A stretch of 32,000 bases of DNA, from the NCBI RefSeq assembly GCF_000011805.1, contig NC_006842.1; one strand, 5' to 3'. Positions 24,930 to 32,000 of the stretch are shown here, in pieces; the stretch's first letter is position 1, and each line of letters starts with the position of its first letter. Below the pieces are notes generated by a model. That model saw only the letters and a list, made by a program, of their open reading frames with translations. It was not told where the DNA came from and made no database searches. The translations under genes were made by a program, and so were the position numbers. This DNA is from Aliivibrio fischeri ES114. GTDB taxonomy: Bacteria; Pseudomonadota; Gammaproteobacteria; Enterobacterales; Vibrionaceae.

Positions 24930-25562
24930 ATGCTACTTCTTTTTTTAGAGCTGATATCTATTCCTATCATGTTGATAGCAATGTTCTTTTCCATTTATAT
25001 TATTCAAACCACACCATCAACCATTCATAATTTAAATCATCGATACCAAAAAACAGGAGGCATTGGTATTGCAATAATATGCACAACTCTACTTGGTTTA
25101 CCTGAGCCCAATTATTTATTGTATGGCCTTATTATCGGATTTTTGATTTTCCATTTTTTCTATGGGTTTAGTGTTACCTCCACGCGCACACAATCACTGG
25201 TTATCGTTCCATCGTTACTGAATAAACATCAAGTACAAGTTCATTTAGCTACCCTGTCACAACCATTTACTCGTAACGTGTATAACGATTTATTCTTAGT
25301 CATAGAAGAACTGAAAGCCACGAATGTTCGCACCGTGATATTAGTATCACCGATGTTTTCTAAAAAGACAGAATTACGAAATACCTTATTCTTTGAATCC
25401 ATATTGAAAAAACGAAACATTGCCTTAGAAAGTCATCCTGTTGCGTTCTACACAAAACCTTGGTCATGCTTCCTATTAGGCATTCAAAAATACCTATTAC
25501 AAATACCTAGTATCCAATCCTTGCCATTAACACGCTGGCATAAATACACACTGCACATTTAA
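24930..25562 (+). CDS. membrane protein of unknown function
   Basis: N-terminal TMs and a ~120-aa soluble domain. Confidence 0.55.
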   Translation: MLLLFLELISIPIMLIAMFFSIYIIQTTPSTIHNLNHRYQKTGGIGIAIICTTLLGLPEPNYLLYGLIIGFLIFHFFYGFSVTSTRTQSLVIVPSLLNKHQVQVHLATLSQPFTRNVYNDLFLVIEELKATNVRTVILVSPMFSKKTELRNTLFFESILKKRNIALESHPVAFYTKPWSCFLLGIQKYLLQIPSIQSLPLTRWHKYTLHI

Positions 25563-25672
25563 ACCTAACACGCCAAATCACGATTATCAGAATGATAATT
25601 GGGAATTGGGGTGCAACAAAGCGAAGCGACGTTAGTTCTCTTCAACCATCTTAAAGTAAAGGAAATATTTTT

Positions 25673-25981
25673 ATGAACACGACAGTTTCATACACTTCAT
25701 CACGGCCATTATTTATCATTTTATGTTTAGTAGTGTTGGTTTTTGCTCTTTTCCCTGAGTTAGCTCATGCTTCTGGTGGATTAAACAAAGTTAATGATTT
25801 TATGGAAGACTTAGCGAAAATTTTACGTGGTGCGTCCATCGTGACTGTAACCGTAGCCCTTATGTGGATAGGTTATAAATATCAATTCACTGATTGGGAT
25901 ATTCGAGAGTTTGGAAGAATACTCATGGGTGCGCTGTTAATCGGTGGTGCTGCTGAGATTGCTCGTTACTTTGTATCATAA
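25673..25981 (+). CDS. virB2: VirB2/TrbC-like T4SS pilin
   Basis: 'PLFIILCLVVLVFALFPELAHASGGLNKVNDFMEDLAKILRGASIVTVTVALMWIGYKY', prepilin leader plus two TMs. Confidence 0.88.
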   Translation: MNTTVSYTSSRPLFIILCLVVLVFALFPELAHASGGLNKVNDFMEDLAKILRGASIVTVTVALMWIGYKYQFTDWDIREFGRILMGALLIGGAAEIARYFVS

Positions 25982-25992
25982 GGAGAGTAACC

Positions 25993-26295
25993 ATGTCTGA
26001 GCCGATATTTAAAGCCTGTACTCGCCCCTCAATGCTGTTTTCAGTCCCATTAGTACCGTTAATGCTCTCTAATGCCATTATCTTTTTAGTTGGCATGTGG
26101 GCGAACTACTTTGGTCTTGGACTGTGGCTCTTTATTCTTACTATTCCGAACTACTTAACTTTACGGTTTATCACCAAATTGGATGATGCCAATCTCAGTC
26201 TGTTAGGACTGAGATTTAAATGTCGTCGAATGAATCGTAATCGTTCTTTTTATGGGGCGACGGTATATAGCCCTTTACCATTTAAAAAGAGATAA
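25993..26295 (+). CDS. virB3: VirB3-like T4SS protein
   Basis: 'IFKACTRPSMLFSVPLVPLMLSNAIIFLVGMW' at the expected position. Confidence 0.88.
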   Translation: MSEPIFKACTRPSMLFSVPLVPLMLSNAIIFLVGMWANYFGLGLWLFILTIPNYLTLRFITKLDDANLSLLGLRFKCRRMNRNRSFYGATVYSPLPFKKR

Positions 26296-26298
26296 ACC

Positions 26299-28752
26299 AT
26301 GAAACCCACAAAATACGCAACGGCCATCAATCAAGAAGTATCACTTGCACACTACATCCCATACTCAAGTCATTTAACTGATTCGATATTGATCACCACC
26401 GATGGTGATTTGCTGCAAATGTTCCGACTCAGTGGTGTTGCTTTTGAAACAAAAGACAATGAAGAATTATCATTGTTACACCAACGCCTCAACACGCTAT
26501 ATAAAGGCTTATCAGAATCCGATGTCAGTTTATGGACTCACGTCATCCGTCGTAAAGTAAAACACACCATTAACGGTGAGTTTAACCAACACTTTGCAGC
26601 GCATTTTGATGCGGTATATAACGCGCAGTTTGGCGAAGAAATCATGACCAATGAGTTTTACGTCACGGTCATACAGCGTTCAACCGATAGACTCAAAAAG
26701 CTCAATCGTAATATTGACGCGATTAAAGCACGTTTAGTTGAGCGTATTGATGCTTTTACTGAAGTGACCGATTTAATAAAAAATAACTTAGAAAGTTATC
26801 ATCCAACATCACTGACCTGTAAAACCAATCAGCAAGGTACTGTTCTCTCTGAGCCATTAACCGTATTAAATTACTTATTGACCCACGAATGGGTCAACGT
26901 TCATAAACCAACGGGCGAAATTAAACACGCCATTGGTAATGCTTGGATAAAAATTGGCTCAGATACCATTGAGCTAAACTCAGTATCTAGTACGCATTAT
27001 GCACAAGGGATCGATATTAAAGAGTACGCTTCTCGCTCTTATAACGGATTGCTCAACGGATTACTTTATAGTGAGTTTGAATTTGTGCTCACTCAATCCT
27101 TTAGCTTATATCCACGAAAGATAGCTGCAAAGTTCATTAAGACTCAAAAAAGAAGAGGCAAAAGCTCAGGGGATGGAGCGATTACTCAGATACAAGATTT
27201 AGATCAAGCATCAAATGATTTACTCGATGGTCACTTTGCAATGGGGGAATATCATTTCTCATTACTTGTGTTTGGTGATTCCATTGATAACGTTCGTCAA
27301 TATCGTAGTGAAGCTCAAAAAAGTTTATCTCACTCAGAGTTACTTTGTGTTCCAATCAAAATCGCTACCGATGCGGCGTTCTTTGCTCAACTCCCTGCCA
27401 ATTGGGGGTATCGTCCTCGCGTGGTTGGTCTAACGAGCCGAAACTTCGCCAGTTTCTCACCTTTCCACAATTTTTTAATTGGGAAAAAAGAAGGGAATCC
27501 TTGGGGCGATGCGGTCACTCGTTTAAAAACCCTATCGGGACACCCTTTCTATTTTAATTTTCATTACACCCTCACAGGTGATGATAATTTTAATGAAAAA
27601 GTGGCTGGTAACACCCGAATGATAGGCATGACAGGAACGGGAAAAACCGTTGCTCTTGGCCTACTCTATTGCCAAGCTCAAAAATACGCACAACACAGCC
27701 CGTTTAGTACGGTATTTTTTGATAAAGATCGTGGTGCAGAAGTCATGATACGAGCACTTGGTGGTAACTACCTACGAGTGCAAAATGGCAAACAAACAGG
27801 GTTTAACCCTCTTCAGATGAACCCAACCCCACAGAATATTTCGTTTCTAAAACGTTGGGTTCGCCAGTTAGTAGAGTCAAAACAACATCCTCTAACAACG
27901 TTAGATGAACGCAGTATCAGCCAAGCGGTAGACACCGTAATGAGAATGGAAAAACCATTACGTCGATTAACCTTAATTAATCAAAACATTGCGGTTGGAA
28001 CCAGCAAAGAAGAGAGAGAAAACAGCATAAAAGCGCGGTTAGATAAATGGTGTCAAGGCGGTGAATTTGCATGGGTGTTCGATAATGATGTAGATCTACT
28101 CGATTTCAATTCAGCAACCAACATCGGCATCGATGGCACTGAGTTTCTTGATAATCACGATATTCGTACTCCCATTTGTTTATACCTACTGCATAGAATG
28201 GATGAAGTCATTGATGGCCGTCGATTCTTTTATGTCATGGATGAAGCGTGGAAATGGGTTAACGATGACGCTTTTTCTGACTTTGTCGGAAACAAACAAC
28301 TGACGATACGAAAACAAAATGGGTTTGGTGTCTTTGCGACACAATTACCCTCTTCTCTGCTTGGCTCACCTCAAGGTGCAGCGTTAATCGAATCATGCTC
28401 AACTGAGATTTATTTACCGAATCCAAAAGCAAAGCATGACGAATACGTAACTGACCTTGGATTATCTGAAAAAGAGTTTTCTATCCTAAAAGAGTTTGGA
28501 GAAAAAAGCCGTTTATGCCTGATAAAACAAGGCAATCAATCAGCTATCTGCTCACTCACAATGCCTGGTATGAGTAATGAATTAACTCTCCTTTCTGCAA
28601 GCTCTGACGAGCTGCCTCTCTTTGATGAATCAATCAAAGAAGTGGGAGAAAATCCTATCGATTGGATCCCAATTTTTCTGCAAAAAGTTCGAGAAGAAAA
28701 AGAACGTAAACAAGGAGTTCGTAATGAACAACATCACCCTATTGTGTCTTAG
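26299..28752 (+). CDS. virB4: VirB4 T4SS ATPase
   Basis: Walker A 'NTRMIGMTGTGKTVALGLL'; 'YVMDEAWKWVND...FVGNKQLTIRKQNGFGVFATQ'. Confidence 0.97.
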   Translation: MKPTKYATAINQEVSLAHYIPYSSHLTDSILITTDGDLLQMFRLSGVAFETKDNEELSLLHQRLNTLYKGLSESDVSLWTHVIRRKVKHTINGEFNQHFAAHFDAVYNAQFGEEIMTNEFYVTVIQRSTDRLKKLNRNIDAIKARLVERIDAFTEVTDLIKNNLESYHPTSLTCKTNQQGTVLSEPLTVLNYLLTHEWVNVHKPTGEIKHAIGNAWIKIGSDTIELNSVSSTHYAQGIDIKEYASRSYNGLLNGLLYSEFEFVLTQSFSLYPRKIAAKFIKTQKRRGKSSGDGAITQIQDLDQASNDLLDGHFAMGEYHFSLLVFGDSIDNVRQYRSEAQKSLSHSELLCVPIKIATDAAFFAQLPANWGYRPRVVGLTSRNFASFSPFHNFLIGKKEGNPWGDAVTRLKTLSGHPFYFNFHYTLTGDDNFNEKVAGNTRMIGMTGTGKTVALGLLYCQAQKYAQHSPFSTVFFDKDRGAEVMIRALGGNYLRVQNGKQTGFNPLQMNPTPQNISFLKRWVRQLVESKQHPLTTLDERSISQAVDTVMRMEKPLRRLTLINQNIAVGTSKEERENSIKARLDKWCQGGEFAWVFDNDVDLLDFNSATNIGIDGTEFLDNHDIRTPICLYLLHRMDEVIDGRRFFYVMDEAWKWVNDDAFSDFVGNKQLTIRKQNGFGVFATQLPSSLLGSPQGAALIESCSTEIYLPNPKAKHDEYVTDLGLSEKEFSILKEFGEKSRLCLIKQGNQSAICSLTMPGMSNELTLLSASSDELPLFDESIKEVGENPIDWIPIFLQKVREEKERKQGVRNEQHHPIVS

Positions 28753-28846
28753 CCTTTTATTATTAAGCGGCTGCTCTAGCGTCTCACCACACGCTCAACC
28801 ATCCTATCAACAAGCTCCGATTGAGGTGATTAATGATGCTCAATAA
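28724..28846 (+). CDS. VirB7-like small lipoprotein
   Basis: MNNITLLCLSLLLLSGCSSVSPHAQPSYQQAPIEVINDAQ* with a lipobox; overlaps the virB4 3' end and virB8 start. Below the track cutoff as an individual ORF. Confidence 0.75.
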   Translation: MNNITLLCLSLLLLSGCSSVSPHAQPSYQQAPIEVINDAQ

Positions 28847-29516
28847 AAAAGAACAAGCCGCTTTATTTGAAGGCTCTGAGGCTCTGGATTTTGAAGCATC
28901 AAAAATGTTAATGGTCGCTAAATCAGAGAATCGAGCGTGGAACATAGCAAAAGGCGCATGTGCTCTCACGTTTTTATCATGGTTAGCTTTGATCTTTCTT
29001 ATGCCACTAAAAACGGTTGTGCCTTACGTCGCAATGGTGAATGAAACCACAGGTCATACACAATTACTGACAACCATCACCGAAGAGACCATTAGCAAAC
29101 AAGATGCCCTTGATGCTTATTGGGTGGCCTACTACGTGCGTAATCATGAAACTTATGATTGGTACACCATTCAAGACAGTTATGACAACACACTGTTACT
29201 TTCTAGTGACGAGGTTGGCCGTGATTATGCTGGACTCTTTGAAGGCAATAATGCCCTTGATTCGGTATGGGGTAAACGAGTGAAAGCTCAGGTTCGTTTA
29301 CTCAGTAAACCTATCATCAAGAATAACATTGCTACGGTACGATTTGAAAAAACCATTAAATCCGTCGATGACACAGGAAAAGGACAACCGACGGTATGGA
29401 TAGCAACACTTGCTTATCAATACAAATCAGACCCACTAACAGAAGAAGAACGCCTTAAAAATCCATTAGGATTTCAGGTGGTCAGTTATCGATTAGATCC
29501 CGAACTTATGGAATAG
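28833..29516 (+). CDS. virB8: VirB8-like T4SS protein
   Basis: Single N-terminal TM and 'RNHETYDWYTIQDSYDNTLLLSSDEV..DYAGLF'. Confidence 0.92.
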   Translation: MMLNKKEQAALFEGSEALDFEASKMLMVAKSENRAWNIAKGACALTFLSWLALIFLMPLKTVVPYVAMVNETTGHTQLLTTITEETISKQDALDAYWVAYYVRNHETYDWYTIQDSYDNTLLLSSDEVGRDYAGLFEGNNALDSVWGKRVKAQVRLLSKPIIKNNIATVRFEKTIKSVDDTGKGQPTVWIATLAYQYKSDPLTEEERLKNPLGFQVVSYRLDPELME

Positions 29517-29522
29517 AATAAT

Positions 29523-30431
29523 ATGAAAGCCTCGATTTGGTTATTAAGCTGTTTTGTTTTTACCCCTTGTTTTGCTCTAAACATCCCCGTTCAATCTCCC
29601 CTAGACTCCAACATTCAATACTCAACTTATCAAGCTAATAACGTGGTCGAAGTTACCGCTTACATCGGTATGGCTTCACATATTGTGTTTGATAAATCAG
29701 AAAAAATTGAATTGGTTCAATCTGGTTTTTCAGAAGGATGGGAATTTATTAAAAATGGAAATCATCTTTTTATCAAAGCGCGTTCAGTGCCAAGCACTGA
29801 AACGATCACCGATCATTTAGGTAACGTGACCACAAAAGAGATCTTCATTACTCCGTCGAAAGAATGGGAGACCAACTTAATTGTGGTTACAAGTAAACGC
29901 AATTACACCTTCCTTCTTACGTTAGGAAAAGGGGATAAAGGACGCAGACAAAACACCTACCGTTTGTCGTTTCAGTATCCAGAAGAGAAAGCCGTTCAAG
30001 ATAAGATTGTCGCGGATATTGCCGTTGAAAAAACAAAACTGGCTAAAGCCAAAATCGATACTCACTCTGAGCCTGAGATCAGAAACTGGAAATACGTACA
30101 ACAGGTCGGCAAAAATTCCAGAAACATAGCCCCGTATCGAGCATGGGATAATGGTCGCTTTACCTATTTATCATTCAAAAAGAATAGCGAGATACCGGCT
30201 ATTTTTATGGTATCTGAAACGGGACAAGAAACCCTTGTCAATATCAACATTGATATTAACGATCCTGATACGGTCATCATCCAACGTATTGCAAAACAAT
30301 TTGTATTACGCCTTGATGATTCCGTTGTCGGTATCACCAACAAAGGATTCAATACGTTAAACGTCAACAATGATACGGGTAGCACCATTAAGAACGTGGT
30401 CAGAGAAGTAAAAGGAGTGGATACACCATGA
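29523..30431 (+). CDS. virB9: VirB9-like T4SS protein
   Basis: Signal peptide; 'GWEFIKNGNHLFIKARS', 'WKYVQQVGKNSRNIAPYRAWDNGRFTYLSFKKNSEIPAIF'. Confidence 0.92.
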   Translation: MKASIWLLSCFVFTPCFALNIPVQSPLDSNIQYSTYQANNVVEVTAYIGMASHIVFDKSEKIELVQSGFSEGWEFIKNGNHLFIKARSVPSTETITDHLGNVTTKEIFITPSKEWETNLIVVTSKRNYTFLLTLGKGDKGRRQNTYRLSFQYPEEKAVQDKIVADIAVEKTKLAKAKIDTHSEPEIRNWKYVQQVGKNSRNIAPYRAWDNGRFTYLSFKKNSEIPAIFMVSETGQETLVNINIDINDPDTVIIQRIAKQFVLRLDDSVVGITNKGFNTLNVNNDTGSTIKNVVREVKGVDTP

Positions 30432-31618
30432 CAATTGAGCATTTAGAAGGTGAAGCACTTTCTATCCCAAGTACAAACTCAAATCAAAGAGATAAGAAAC
30501 ACGTTCTTCTCTTTTTGATTATTTGTGGTTTTATCTTAAGTTGTTTGATTTGGTTTATCTTTTTCAATTCTAGTGACAAAGAAAGCGTATCAGCACCAAC
30601 GCAACCAAGTATCAATACATCCACTCATAAAGCGTCAACACCTCAATCAAATAAAACATTTGAGTGGAAACCATCTGAGCCATCACAACCTGAGCAAAAG
30701 GACGTTGAAGATACGAGCACAGAAACAAAGGAAAAGATTGTTGATACACCGCCCGTAGCTCCTGTATCGCAACCTTTACCACCAAACGGCCAACTAAATA
30801 GTTATACGCCAAAACGAACCGTTGCACAGATAGACAAAAGCAAATCATCAATGTCTTCTGGCTCTCAAGGCTCAGAAAACGGATTGCAATTAACACCACC
30901 ATACCCAACGTATCCAAGCGTTCCGACCACTGGCACACCATCGTCATTTTTCAATACTCAAGAAAATGACAATGAAAGCAACAACAGTCAAAGGATCACT
31001 TCGTTATTAAACACCAGTAAAACTGAAAATTCCGTTGCCGCCGTTTTATACAACCGTGATTACTTACTGGCAAAAGGGGCGTACATAGATTGCGTTCTTA
31101 ATACCAGTATGAACTCTACCGTTGCAGGGATGACAAAATGCACCTTGACTCGTGATATTTACAGCGATAACGGTAACACCTTATTGATCGAGCGTGGCTC
31201 AGAAGTCACAGGGGAATATCGAGCTAACCTATCACAAGGACAAGCAAGGCTGTTTGTTCTATGGGATAGAGTAAAAACCCCTCACGGTGTCATTGTTGAT
31301 TTGGCATCACCAGCAACCGACAGTTTAGGTGCAGGAGGCGTGAACGGTTACGTTGATACGCATTTCTGGGAGCGATTCGGTGGCGCCATGATGTTATCTC
31401 TTGTTGACGATCTGGCTGGATACATGGCAACGAATGGCGGAAAAAGCATTAACAACTTTGAAAACTCCTCCAATGCTGCGCAAGATATGGCAGCAGAGGC
31501 ATTAAAAAACACCATCAATATTCCACCGACGTTCTACAAAAACCAAGGTGAGCGTATCGGCATTTTCATTGCTCGTGATATTGATTTCTCCAAGGTCTAC
31601 CGCTTAAAGGTTCAATGA
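30428..31618 (+). CDS. virB10: VirB10-like T4SS protein
   Basis: TM plus Pro-rich linker, 'LAKGAYIDCVLNTSMNSTVAGMTKCTLTRDIYSDNGNTLLIERGSEVTGEY'. Confidence 0.96.
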   Translation: MTIEHLEGEALSIPSTNSNQRDKKHVLLFLIICGFILSCLIWFIFFNSSDKESVSAPTQPSINTSTHKASTPQSNKTFEWKPSEPSQPEQKDVEDTSTETKEKIVDTPPVAPVSQPLPPNGQLNSYTPKRTVAQIDKSKSSMSSGSQGSENGLQLTPPYPTYPSVPTTGTPSSFFNTQENDNESNNSQRITSLLNTSKTENSVAAVLYNRDYLLAKGAYIDCVLNTSMNSTVAGMTKCTLTRDIYSDNGNTLLIERGSEVTGEYRANLSQGQARLFVLWDRVKTPHGVIVDLASPATDSLGAGGVNGYVDTHFWERFGGAMMLSLVDDLAGYMATNGGKSINNFENSSNAAQDMAAEALKNTINIPPTFYKNQGERIGIFIARDIDFSKVYRLKVQ

Positions 31619-31620
31619 AT

Positions 31621-32000
31621 ATGACAATAGGCAAAGATACCACCATCAATCACTTATTTAAGCCTCTTAATGAATGGCTTGAAGATGAAGACATTACTGA
31701 AATTGCCATCAATCAACCAAATGAAGTGTGGATTGAAAAGCACGACCAATGGACATCTTATTCTTGTAACGCGCTTTCATTTGACCATCTCAATTCAATG
31801 GCGACAGCGGTCGCCTCTTTTTGTGATAACAATATTTCAGTCAGTCAGCCAATTTTATCAGCAACGTTACCCAAAGGAGAACGTATCCAATTTGTTATAC
31901 CTCCAGCGTGTAGCCCGAACACGGTAAGCATCACCATACGAAAACCTAACATTGCTCAACGCACCTTAAAAGATTATGTACGAGACGGCTTTTTCAATCA
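31621..32000 (+). CDS. virB11: VirB11-like ATPase, N-terminal part (runs off window)
   Basis: MTIGKDTTINHLFKPLNEWLEDEDITEIAINQPNEVWIEKHDQW...LPKGERIQFVIPPACSPNTVSITIRK. Confidence 0.93.
   Translation, partial: MTIGKDTTINHLFKPLNEWLEDEDITEIAINQPNEVWIEKHDQWTSYSCNALSFDHLNSMATAVASFCDNNISVSQPILSATLPKGERIQFVIPPACSPNTVSITIRKPNIAQRTLKDYVRDGFFN

Noticed and set aside
24930-25562. Possible prepilin peptidase (PilU-like)
   Set aside because: No GxGD/Asp-pair motif of A24 peptidases seen.
1-32000. tRNA/rRNA genes and complete IS elements
   Set aside because: No tRNA-like cloverleaf with CCA-type acceptor or GTTCGAAT arm noticed, no rRNA sequence, and no transposase ORF with terminal repeats. The only recombinase is the resolvase-type protein.

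Overview
The window reads as most of a conjugative-plasmid backbone, probably from a Vibrionaceae-type host (host is inference). From left to right it holds:
- A minus-strand leader/anti-defence region: a BrxR/CapW-like stand-alone wHTH protein, an ArdC-like antirestriction protein, a RadC/JAB-domain protein and several small unknown ORFs.
- A hok/gef-like type I toxin gene that the supplied ORF track misses.
- A ParA/RHH partition operon flanked by two 8-bp-period tandem arrays (9x TGTATAGT and 28x TGTATAGC).
- A serine resolvase with res-like repeats.
- A DinI-like gene behind a perfect LexA-box match.
- A candidate RepA with an overlapping 35-aa leader ORF, and a DnaA box downstream.
- An XRE/S24 (CI-like) repressor with an exact 12-bp operator motif on both sides.
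- A type IVB pilus operon (PilL/TcpQ-like, secretin PilN, PilO, PilP, PilQ, PilR, PilS, minor pilins), followed by a trypsin-like protease with a GlyGly-CTERM-like tail.
- A VirB T4SS operon (VirB2, B3, B4, B7-like, B8, B9, B10, partial B11).

The most unusual signal is a ~470-bp direct duplication at 1543-2019 and 4826-5293. Each copy contains a ~280-nt imperfect inverted repeat whose central arms have diverged between copies while keeping their base pairing. The two copies sit at the 5' ends of two different minus-strand genes, one of them ardC-like. This resembles the ssDNA promoters (Frpo/ssi) of plasmid leading regions.

All product names come from reading motifs by eye. No database search was run.
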